The notes below the pieces were generated by a model. The model was given only the letters and a program-made list of their open reading frames with translations, did no database searches and was not told the origin of the DNA. Shown here piece after piece: positions 53,501 to 64,000 of a stretch of 64,000 nt of DNA (positions are counted from its first letter, which is position 1; every line of letters begins with the position of its first letter). The stretch spans positions 90,549,756 to 90,613,755 of the forward strand of contig NC_057719.1 of NCBI RefSeq assembly GCF_004010195.1, given 5' to 3'. A program made the translations under genes and the position numbers. This stretch comes from Chiloscyllium plagiosum. Its lineage: Eukaryota.

Positions 53501-55310
53501 AGGGATCAGGTATTTATCCAGCTGCGAGAAGTGTTTACCATTTGTTTAAAATCCCCACAGAGGCAACTCTCCCTGCTGGGTTTCACAATCGGTACCACTT
53601 GTACTGCCCACTCCTGCACTGGACTGGTTTGATGATTCCTTTGCTTTCCAGCCTCCTGATTTCTGCCTCTACTTTTGCACGCAAGGCAAATGGCACTGGG
53701 CGTACCTTGCAGAATCATGGAATTGTTTCCTAGTCAACATGCAAGGTGGCCCTGGCTCCTTTGACAGTCCCTAGATCTTCACAGGTACTTAACTAGGACT
53801 TCACTTCGGTAGCCATTTTCTAATTGAAAAATGTTGAGCCAATCAAGATGAATCTTTCTCAACCAATTTCACGCCATCAGACTTGGGCCCAAGCCTTTTA
53901 CTACATCAATCAGTGGTAACTGAACCAGCTGCTTCTCTTACATGACCGGTATCAAAGTTGTACCTTTAATTTGGAAATACTTCCCAGTATAGATTCTCAA
54001 TCCAGCCGAGGTCTTAGACAAACTTAAAGATTGGAGACCAGAGGGAATTTTGTTTAGGACTGGTACTGCATTCACTGAAACAGCCGTGTTCGTATCAACT
54101 GCCATTAGAACCAGATGACCACTTAACCAGACACTTATTTTGATTGATTCTGATTTGGTTGTTGCTAAGCAATTTAATTGTTTAAAGCCGATGTAGATGC
54201 ATTTTCCAGAGTGTGCACTCTCCTGAATACCAGCCTACGAGCTCTCTCTTAACCAATTCAGGCCTTGCAGGACTCTTTTGCTGTCTTGAGTCCGCGCACC
54301 GGCAGTAACTCCAATGGCTTGCTGGCCTAGATCCTGAAGAAAATATTCACCATTTATTGAAGTTTGGCATTGTTGTGGGGTTTTGCTATGGCTGACCTAG
54401 AATCCCTCTGTTCAGGTTATGCCCTGAGTGAGGCTATGTAATTGCCTTCACTCATGTGGCATCTCCCAAGCATAGTTGGCCTGGCGAGAGTGTCATTTGC
54501 CTTGTAAGTCATATGCTCAACTTGCCACATTTTCTAATGAGAAAGCCAGTTGTAGTGCCTGTTTGAAGTCCAGTTGTTCTTCAGCTAGTAGGCTTTTGCA
54601 TAATTACACCATTAAATCCACATACCAAATGATCTCTCGACATCTCATTAAGGGTTAAATCATAACCACACACCTCTGCCAGTTGTCTTAACCTTGTCAA
54701 AAATCCCGACACAGATTTCCCTGGTTCTCAAATAGCTAAGTAATACCAATAGCATCTTAGAATTAGATGAGACTTGGGGTCATAATATTCTTTAATTAAA
54801 TTTGTCAACTCTTGAAAGGTTTTAGTATCTGGCACCTCAGGAAATGTCAGGCTTCTAATACCTGAAATAGCTGCGAGCCCGCAAGTTGTCAGAATTACTT
54901 GTTGCTTTTTATCTGCCCCAAAGTCAGTTGCCCAGAAAAATGATTATATTTTTCCATGGCAGGATCAAACAAGTCAAGTTGCCTAAATAATGGCATGATG
55001 CCAGAAAAGCTTACCCTAACTGAAAGACAACCACTGTGAGTGAATTTCTTTAGGAGCATATTTTCCCCACTCTTGCTGCCACTGAAATAACTTCACAGAG
55101 GCTGGAATCCCATCACCAAGTGACCCTTTATTTACAAATGCATCGTACTTGACATTGGTCCAGCTTCCTCAGAGCCAGCTCTCAGAGTGAATAGAACCTC
55201 TGACACTTACATTTATATCTTCAACCAGGGGTCCTTGATTGGACTAGATTAACAGCCCAATCAGGGAATTCATATTCTATGAGGTCCACCTGGCTGACCT
55301 CGTTACAGTG
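50530..55310 (-). mobile_element. Decayed Ty3/Gypsy LTR retrotransposon (Mag/K02A2.6-like)
   Basis: 5' LTR about 55083-55310 followed by a PBS-like tggcagcaagag; PPT agaaggggaggga (50737-50749) abuts the 3' LTR TG at 50736. RNase H FHQYLYGHKF...TDHKPL and integrase LHFDYVGPF...VDTHSKW. Many frameshifts. Confidence 0.9.
51498..51822 (-). mobile_element. HE1-type SINE inserted in the Gypsy integrase
   Basis: tRNA-like head and HE1 body/tail. Confidence 0.88.
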
Positions 55311-55724
55311 AGTTCATAACATACATACTCCATTCATCACAATTTTATTATATGTACAAAGTATTTGTCACCTTCTACCATAATAGCATCTGTCTTTAAA
55401 AAAACAATATATCAGTGAATTTCCATAAAGGATTATGGGCAATCAGGCAATACACAGAACAAATCTAGAGTCTTTCCTAAATGCCAAAAAATAAAAGTAG
55501 TCCTATCGGGTTGATTTCATCTGACATTCAGCTAGGAGTTTAGAAGCAAAGAAAATGTTTAATTTCCCTTCACCAACTGCAATTCTTTATTCAATTCATC
55601 AAGGATGTCCCTTGATTGCAGCCCCTAATTTAAGGAAAGGGTGGTCAGACTTCATGCTCCTGATCCCTTGTGGAAGTGTGCATGTATGCACATTAGATCC
55701 GAATCAGCTCAGGTTCCGTTACAC

Positions 55725-56830
55725 AGTGAAACTGTACCAAGAGTACTGTACTCAGATCTGGTCCCCTTGTCTAAGGAAAGCTTTATGTACCAACATACAA
55801 CAGACATTCACCAGACTGATCCCTGGGATGGCAGGACTCTATGAAATGTTGGGGCCATAGCTAGAGTATTGTGTACATTTCTGGAATCACATTATAGGAG
55901 GGATGTGATAGCTCTGGGGAGAGTGCAGAGGAGATTTACCAGAATATTGCTTAGGCTGGAGAGTTTCAGTTATGAAAGAGAGATTGGACATACTGATGTT
56001 CTTTTCCTTAGAGCAGAGGACATTGAGATGTATAAAATTATGAGGGACACAGATGCAAAGAATAGGGGAGACAGGAAAAAACTTTCCCTTTAATGGAGGG
56101 ATCAATGACCAATGACATTGATTTAAGGTAAGGGGAAGAAGGTTTGGATGGGATGTGAAGAAAGACTTTTTCACCTGGAGTGTGGTGAGAATCTGGAACT
56201 CACTGCCTGTTAAGATGGTAGAGACAGAAACCCTCATAACAATTACAAAGTATTGTAATGTGCACTTGCAATGCCAATGCATACAAGGTTATGAGCCAAG
56301 TGATGGAAAATGTGATTAGAAAAGTCAGGAGACTGTTTTTTACTGATGTGGATGTAATGGATCCTTATCTGTGATGTAGATCTCTATGATTCCATGAACA
56401 TCCACTGGGGAGAGAGATTGGAGAAACTGGACATGAATTCTCTAGAGTTTGAAGAATAAGAAGTGATCTCTTTGAAACTTACAAAACTCTAATAAGGTAC
56501 GACAGGGCAGAGGCTGAAAGGATGTTTTCCGCTCACCGAGGGTGTCTAAAACCAGGAGACATAGTCTGAGGTTAAGGGTTTAGACTGAGAAGGAATTTTT
56601 CCACTCAGAGGTTGGTGGATATTTGGAATTCTCTCCCCAGAGGGCAGTGGAGGTTCAGTCATTGAGGAGGTTCTAGACAGAATCGGTATATTTCTACTTA
56701 TTAATGATATCAAGAAGCATGGAGATTGCAGGGGAAAGTGGCAATAAGGTGAATGATCAGCCTTGATCTAGAATCGAAGTTCAGACTTGATGGGCTGAAC
56801 AGTGTATTCCTGTTCCTATTTTTCTAAAAT
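55725..56830 (+). mobile_element. Stack of old CR1 3' fragments
   Basis: Several decayed ERVQRRFTR / FFTxRVVxxWNSLP termini. Confidence 0.75.
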
Positions 56831-57267
56831 GTTCCTAAGGTTGTCTTTGGACCAATAGCAACCACAAAAACCAGTTACCGGCAAAAGAGTCGAATGTCTT
56901 GCAGATGGATCGGGAGGGAGGAGAAAGTTAACAAAAGAAGTATTTTATTTTAATTGCAAACTCAATCAGCATGTAATATAGTTTTCTAAATTGAGATAAT
57001 TATTACTTTTATCAATTAATAAATTGATCCTCCAACTTAAAAGGTTTCGTTTATCCTATCTCTGGACTGCTAGATTAATAAAGTCAAAAGTCATGCCATG
57101 AAGTACAGTCACCTCACCCCATTATTAAGGCAAGAGATTTCTCTGGAGGCCAAAGAATGTCATAGAGTCATACAACATGGAAGCAGACCGTTCAGCCCAA
57201 GTGTGATATGAGAAACAGGTTACCCAACCTGTGCAGAGCAAGCTTCCCACAAACTGAGCTAAATATT

Positions 57268-57353
57268 TAAAAAAAAACAAATAATTTCCAGTGCTGGAGA
57301 TCAGAAACAAAAACAGAAATTGCTGGGAAAACCTTTTCAACAATTTCTGCTTT
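57268..57353 (-). mobile_element. Minimal Penelope-type family B insertion (tail plus short inversion)
   Basis: 13-bp TSD tgagctaaatatt (57255-57267 / 57354-57366); internal inverted repeat aaacagaaattg / caatttctgctttt. Confidence 0.7.
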
Positions 57354-58532
57354 TGAGCTAAATATTCAGATCACTTATTTTCTCTTCCCCCATCCAGAGA
57401 TTTTGGTTGTTTGGATAGATATTCACGAGGACACTAGGGGAAACAACCTAACTGCCTCAGTTCCAAGTCTGACTAGTGACGCATCCCTTCATTAACCCTC
57501 TGCATTCTTGGACTTGACTATGTGCTCAAGCCGTTGGAGTGGGGTATTCGATTCAAAGAGTTGCTACTGTCAGCCAGCCACATCTTTCCATGTGTTGGAA
57601 ACATGGGTTCACCCTGGGTCAGCACATCAGGTGAGGTCAGGAGCAGGCTTGTTCCCTAAACTGGCAGAGACAAAAAACATTGGCTGGAGCAAAAGACTGA
57701 GTAAGGACTGAAAGCCAAGATGTTCTACTTGACGCCAGTCACTGCACTCACTGGGGTAGTGAGGGCCAGTGGTTGAATCTGTGAGGTATAAAATCTCAGT
57801 ATTGAAATTAACTTTAGATTTCATTCAGAAATGTTTGACTGTTGTCATCCACAGTGTCATCTTACTACCTTACCCTTTTCGTGTGATAATGCACCTTGAA
57901 GAGCTAGCAAATCTGATAACAATGTGATACTGAGTCACATTCCAAGAACGTGAACTAGAATTAACCATGTGCCTGCTTAAATTACAGGAGGAGTTTTTAG
58001 GAGCATCTTACAGAAGGAGACAGAGAAGGGAGAGTCACAAAAGAATTACAAAGACTTGCAGAGTTTCCCAAAGTGAGGGTCAGATCTGAGCTCTGAGGGA
58101 TCATTGGCTGCTGCATGTGGAGCTCCGATAAAATGATTAAGTTCAAACAGGCTCACCCCCAAACCCCTACACCTCACTCTGGGGTCACAACCACTGATCC
58201 CCAGGACTGCCCAATGGTGGATGAGCTGAGATGTCAGAAGGTCAGGGCATCACTGCATGTGGCAGATGGCACTGAACTCCACAAACGAAACACTGGCAGC
58301 TTTGACTCAATTTCTCATTGCAGCCCATAAAACTCCTGAAATCCATAGTCAGGAGTTTCAGGATCATTAAGCATACAGTTTTATAGAGAAGGAAGCTCGC
58401 AAAGATAGTGAATCAAGTGTGATTGCACAGTACAATATGGAACAACGACAAAGACACCGTAGATCCCAGATCCATGATGCAGATGTGCATCTGACTTTGT
58501 GCAGAGTGTGTTTTGTTTTGTAATAACACTGT

Positions 58533-58725
58533 AAAGGCCGACCGCTGTATTCGCAGAATTGTTTGCGGGTTCAGTTATCCGCGGTTTACCGCAGCCCGAA
58601 CATATTCCTGATAACATTGCAGAACCAGGGACCTGTCGGGAAGGTAAATTTCGCTCCTATCTGTGGTTTCGGGTTTCCGCGCGGTAGGTCTTGGATCGTA
58701 TCCCCCGCGGTTACGGGGTCTACTG
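58533..58725. mobile_element. Tigger/MER2-like MITE with retained CpGs
   Basis: Right end gtcttggatcgtatcccccgcggttacggggtctactg-TA resembles Tigger/MER2-group termini; the left TIR is degenerate. Confidence 0.6.
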
Positions 58726-58950
58726 TATATTAGTTGTCCTAGACATATGATCCTTTGCATGGAATAGACCTTCGGAGGTAGTGTCCCTATCCCTGGGACA
58801 GAGAGGTCCGCGTTTAAATCCCACCTGCTCCAGGGGTATGTAATAACTTCTCTGAACACGTTGACTAGAAAAAAAGTTAAATTGAAAAAAAACATAAAAC
58901 AAACGAGAGGGGTTTCACTGTGTAAATCTAAGTAGTTGTAAAACTTCCAC

Positions 58951-59030
58951 CCAATCAGACAGAGAACAGCGATGCGGTAAGATTTAAGACGAATCTGGCG
59001 GCCGTCGATTTCCAATTCCTCCTCATCCAT
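58951..59030 (-). CDS. Candidate alternative first coding exon (MDEEELEIDGRQIRLKSYRIAVLCLI-G)
   Basis: ATG at 59030 with an acidic MDEEE start and an LCLIG end. Possible phase-2 donor GG|gtggaa is compatible with the 33400 acceptor, but it is weak and there is no transcript evidence. Confidence 0.3.
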
Positions 59031-61347
59031 GAAGCAGCCAAAGAGAGACCAGACTGGGAAAGTCTGACCTGATCCAGAGGCCAAGAGGGAGAGAGAAAAC
59101 ACACACACACACCAGAAAAACTCCGACCACTATGCACGTACCATGCTCAGCCAAAGCCAGCCTCTCGAGGCCAACACAAAAAGAAAGCAGTCCGGGCTAC
59201 CGAATCCGTGTCGATCTCGTACAAGAGAAGCCCCTGAGAATACCGTGGCCTGGAGACATCTTGTTATGTTCATTCGAGGAGCACAGAGAGAGAGAGAGAG
59301 TCATTTTTGTAAAAGGGGCAATTACATTTTGCCCACCCCCAGATATAATCATTCCTAATTCATAATCATTAATAAATACATTCCGAGTTTCAGCACTGTG
59401 GATGTAATAAAAAAATAGGGTGTGGTCTCGTTTTTTTTGACATAAATAGTAACATTGGCAGTGTTTCATTGCACCATTTTGTTTGCAAATATGGGCTCCG
59501 CTTTATTTACAACCAAAGCGTTGTCCTGCTTTCAGATCGTTTGCAACAAGCGTTCCAGGGCCCATCTTTTCGCTTGTCTCTGCGCCAGCAGTGAGCAATA
59601 CTGGTACACATCTCCCCATGGACGGAATGAAAGCGGGGGGGGCGGGGGAGAACGACAATGTTTTGCTTTATTTACAAATTGCTCGAGCTGTACAACTCTG
59701 CGGAATTGACAGCCAAGTTTGCCGCATTGCTGGATGGGGTACTCGGGGACGCCGTCAACGCTACAGCCAAGTCGCTGAGCTGCAGCCACTGTTGTGTTGA
59801 CTTGCAGGTGGAATCACAGGGACTTTTTTTGGCAGCGAACATTCTTGGAAAGCCCACCACTTCAGCTTGAGTAGAAGGGAAAAAAAGAGTGCGAATCTCA
59901 GCGAAATCGCCGCTTCCCAATAAAAGGCTGGAGAGGAGCCGTCCCTGTTTCCCACTCCAGGCTCTGAGGGGAGGTGACAAGGCACAAAGAACTGCTTCAG
60001 GGCTGCAGGCACTGGCCTTTGTTGTCAGACTCTGGTTTGTTTTCTCCCCATGCTCAGAGTCTGCAGTATCAGCACTGACTGGCACCTTGTGAGAGCTGAC
60101 ACTGCTCCCATAATGAACTCCAAATGTCAGAGAGGCGGGGGTGGGGAGAAAATACAATCCAACAACTGCTCCCTAGGAGAGGGCAGTCTGCTGGCTATGT
60201 ATCAGGGCTGATGGTTTGTGTTTGTGTGTGGGGGGTGGGGGCCGGTAGGCAGTCCTAACATTTTAAATATATGTTGCACTATCGTCACTGGAACAGGGAG
60301 AGAGATACATTATGCGCACAAAAACATTGTAGCTCTTTATATAAAAAAAGACTCACCGCCAATGTGGTTTGTCTTGTCAACGGGGTTTCTTCGCCATCAC
60401 TTCAGGGGCTGGGGTGGGGTGTGTAGAGTTAAAATGCCAGGAGAGGTTGAGTACTTGACGTCCTGAACTGCAGCCTCCCCACACAGGCAGCGCTGGAGGG
60501 AGAGCTCTGTGAATACTCCCAAGGATTTCAAAGACTGGGGGAAGCGGTCTCTTGAGCTTCTGTTTCTGACATGCTTCGCTGTAGCAAAAGAGAACGCGGG
60601 CGCCCAGAGCAAAGACATGTATATTCAACTGAGACACCTCGGGATGGTCCCGGAGAAGTTTTAACACTAGATCTCACGGGGTGGTATTCAACCTACCAGA
60701 GGGATCTACCAGAAGATAGATCTACAGCATGTGGTCTCTCTTTCAAGGAGATTGTTTCAGGAAACCCCCGCATATCAGTAGGGGATCAGGGGTCAGGGGA
60801 TGTTGGTATTAACTCAGGGCCATAATTCCATACAGACTATTGGCTCCGCCAAAGCTGATTGGCAGGCGTTTGGACTTATTAACTGAAGAAGTCATAGCAT
60901 CGAAGACAATCTGACTTACTCTCTCGAGGAGCAGGGAGGCAAGAGGGACTGTGTCTGTAAGAATTAGAGGTCCAGAGAGACTGTGACTCATGGGGAAAGG
61001 TTGGACAGTCTGGGCTTGTTTCCTACGGACTTAGAAGAGTGAAGGAATGATGTTATTAAAGTGTATAAGATCCTGAAGTGACAAGCTGGATTTGGAAAGG
61101 TTGTGTCCTTTTGTGGACTGAGACTAAATCTAGAAGGCACTATTTCAAAATTAAGTGTTGGCCTTTAGCACAGAGATGAGGGAGATTTTTTTCTCTGAGG
61201 GTTCTGTGACTTCAGGACACTGCCTCAGAAGGCAGATAGACTGTTAAGCAGAGAATTGAGGTATGTTTACATGTGTCTTTGTGTAAATGTATGTATGTGG
61301 CCCAGTGGGTAGGAGCGATGCATGAGCCTGGACAGTGAACTCTGTAA

Positions 61348-61571
61348 GAGAAAGTGAGGACTGCAGATGCTGGAGATCAGAGCTGAAAAATGTGTTGCTG
61401 GAAAAGTGCAGCAGGTCAGGCAGCATCCAAGGAGCAGGAGAATCAATGTTTTGGGCATAAGCCCTCCTCATTCCAGAAGAAGGGCTTATGCCCGAAACGT
61501 CAATTCTCCTGCTCCTTGGATGCTGCCTGACCTGCTGCGCTTTTCCAGCAACACATTTTTCAGCTAGTTAC
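61348..61571 (-). mobile_element. Penelope-type family A inverted pair
   Basis: Tailed arm 61348-61470 (-), tail-less arm 61470-61565 (+) with GGGC-TTAT-GCCC-GAAACGTC. 9-bp TSD actctgtaa (61339-61347 / 61572-61580). Confidence 0.85.
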
Positions 61572-62499
61572 ACTCTGTAACCCTGTGAGATTGATCCAGA
61601 AGAACATAATCAGAAAGCCTGTAGTTGCAGGTTGGAGTTGAGTGGTATCACATTGTTACTTTGCATTAATCTTGTCTTCTTTCAGCTTCTCCTATTTTCC
61701 TTGTGGTCACCACGATGCTGAAAGATCACTTTTCCCGATCTGGTTCTGTCAGTCACCCATTCCTCACCCAATCCTGCTACATTAAATCTCTTGCCACCAC
61801 AACCTTCTCTCTGGCCCTCTTCCTTCCTAGCGTTCACATTTCCCATCATTTGCCTCACCTCATTTCTTCTCTATTTGCAACAGAGAACCTGACATTTCAG
61901 TTTCTTCTTCATGATTTTCTTCAATGCTTCCACAATCTTCACTGGCCACATTAAGTTTATAACTTTAACAAATATAACAATTTATTATTGTGTATATATA
62001 ATTATAACATTTATTAATGTAATTTTAGCAAAACACAAGTTTAAAAAAGTAATTTAGTTATTATCTACAATCTAAATTCCAGTCTTCTTTGATCATAACC
62101 CCACGCCCAGGCAGACTGACAAACACAGTTAAGGATAAACTAAAAAATAAAATAAGACATTTGTATTTTGCCAGTGCAAAGACAGTTCTAAACAATTGAT
62201 ACACGATCTTCCTGAAATCCTTGGACAATGCATTGTTCTCAGGCATATAACAATATATCTTGCTTGAATTCCAAAGTCATTTTTACTCCATATAGTCTCA
62301 GCAGATTTCTAGAAATATTTACTCTTCTTACAGATGGATTCCTTTCTCAGAATCTTTGACAATTTGATAACTAGACAGAGAGCAGTATCAAGCAGCACCA
62401 TCTCTGGAAATTTCCAAAAATCACACAGGCTCCTGCCAAAACCCAGTTAGTTTTCCCTTAATTAACTAATTCAACATCCAACCAGCTTCCAGCCCTGAG

Positions 62500-63120
62500 A
62501 AAAAAAATTGGGAGGACTGGTGTATAGAAGCTCAAACAGTAGCCACTCTGTACAAAAGACTGTAAATCAACAAATAAAAGGACCATGTAAAAAGCAATAA
62601 TTATGGGTGACGTTAGTCTTCATGTTAATTGGGTTAATCAAGTTGGAAAGGGTAACTGACAACAAATAGCATGCATTAGGGATAGTTTCCGAAAGTCTCT
62701 GGCGATCCAATCTATCTATGCCTTTCATCATCTTGTACACCTCTGTGAGTCACCTCATCCTTCTTTGCTCCAATGAGAAAAGCCCTAGCTCCCTCATCCT
62801 TTCTACAAAAGACACAAAATCCAGTTCAGGCAGCATCCTGGTAAATCACCTCTGTACCCTGTCTAAAGCTTCCACATCTTTCCTATAATGAGATGACCAG
62901 AACTGAATACAATATTCCAAGTGTGGGAAAGTTTCTGAAAGCAGGTTTCATTCAGAAAGTGGGGAGGCATGGAATGCAAGGAAATTTGGCTATCTGGATA
63001 CAGAATTGGCTGGCCCATGGAAGACAGAGGGAGGCAGTAGATGGAAAGTATTCAGTCTGGAGCTCGGTGACCAGTGGTGTTCCACAGGGATCTGTTCTGG
63101 GACATCTGCTCTTCGTGATT
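62500..63120. mobile_element. Mixed-orientation CR1 fragments
   Basis: Minus-strand CR1 3' piece at about 62690-62926 joined to a plus-strand [10 protein letters not shown] piece at about 62930-63120. Confidence 0.75.
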
Positions 63121-64000
63121 CAAAGGGACAGATTAAAACGGTTAAAAAAGCAGCACTTCCTTTCACTCCTTCTAGATTCTCACCTGCATCAAATTCCCAA
63201 GTTATTATTCATACTGTATCATATTTTGTGTGTTGGCAAAATCTATCCACTTGGATAGAAAGCTGACGGCTCACAACCAAGTTGCAACTGCTAAACTGTC
63301 TTTTCTCCACACTAATTAACACTTAGTCACTTTCAGTTGGATTGTCACACAAGCCTGGCACTAACTTTTACATAATTTGTGGAAAATTCAGTAGATTGAC
63401 AGGAAGGCTAAATTATTTTGGGAAATAATCAAGCTCCTAAAGACAACACGTGACTCGTCAGATCCCTCCGAAGGGTGGGAGAAAGTTTTATTGACAGAGT
63501 ACTCTTGGGTTAGTGAAAGATCTCAATTGATGCAGGTAGGGAAGCATAAGTAGTGTTGATTTGATGGGAATTGATTATGTTTAGGCCTAAATGGTATTTT
63601 CTTCGCCTGGCTACTTAAACACTTTTAAGTGTACAGAGGGCAATGCAGATCAACTTTAATCTTACCAGCACACTCTTCAGCACAGAAATTCCTTTTCAAA
63701 TGCCCACTAGGTGGCAATCCACTGAGCCAAGCGAAAAAATGTACCTGTATTCCAATAACTTCCCACTTTTTACAGATTTAAAGAAGGTATTATATTTTAA
63801 ACTAAACAAAAACCAAAAGAACTGTAGATACTATAAATCAGAAACAAAAACGGAAATTGCTGGTAAAGCTCAGCAGGCCTGGCAGCATCTGTGAAGAGAA
63901 ATCAGAGTTAATGTTTCAGGTCCACTTTCACTTTAAGTGTCATATATGTAAGACCTTAATGGTGCAATTTGCATGTTAAGAAAACTTGTGGGAAATTACT

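Larger units (their letters stand above)
58500..60900 (-). promoter_or_regulatory. CpG-rich putative promoter/5' region of the BICRA-family gene
   Basis: Visibly higher CpG density than the rest of the window and few LINEs. Two ATTGG (minus-strand CCAAT) motifs flank a GC-box-like ctccgcc at about 60838-60863. Strong minus-strand donors GCG|gtgagt (exon end 60357) and ATG|gtacgt (exon end 59142). Confidence 0.6.

Noticed and set aside
58575..59108. 177-aa ORF as a standalone gene
   Set aside because: Starts at a GTG in a (GT)n tract and runs through a T-rich stretch and a MITE; only the 58951-59030 part looks exon-like.
59672..60157. 161-aa minus-strand ORF and overlapping plus-strand ORFs
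   Set aside because: No recognisable domain; long open frames are expected by chance in GC-rich promoter DNA.
1..64000. Most short ORFs in the six-frame track as host genes
   Set aside because: They are sense or antisense translations of CR1, L1, L2, Tx1, Gypsy, HE1 or Penelope repeats; near-identical peptides recur at multiple loci.

Overview
This is eukaryotic, repeat-rich DNA from a cartilaginous fish. HE1-type SINEs and HER1/CR1 LINEs point to an elasmobranch, and the repeat variants suggest a carpet/bamboo shark (inference). One host gene runs on the minus strand: a divergent BICRA (GLTSCR1)-family gene with six coding exons I can place (35176-35216, 33358-33400, 26210-28159, 16951-17202, 1372-1506, 1130-1191). 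It continues beyond position 1, and its CpG-rich putative promoter/5' region lies at about 58.5-60.9 kb. The introns are filled with nested CR1, L2, L1 and Tx1 LINEs, SINEs, Tigger-like MITEs and a decayed Gypsy LTR element. The most notable signal is a set of short, TSD-flanked, often palindromic Penelope-type repeats from three families. Two families carry recognisable minimal hammerhead-ribozyme cores (CTGAnGA-stem II-GAAA-palindromic stem III); the third shows only decayed remnants. In one insertion (4256-4810) the direct arm begins exactly at the predicted self-cleavage site, and the insertion also contains a 360-bp, stop-free retroviral RNase H/integrase fragment with no LTRs. Repeat boundaries are approximate unless a TSD or TIR is quoted; family names come from recalled motifs, not database searches.
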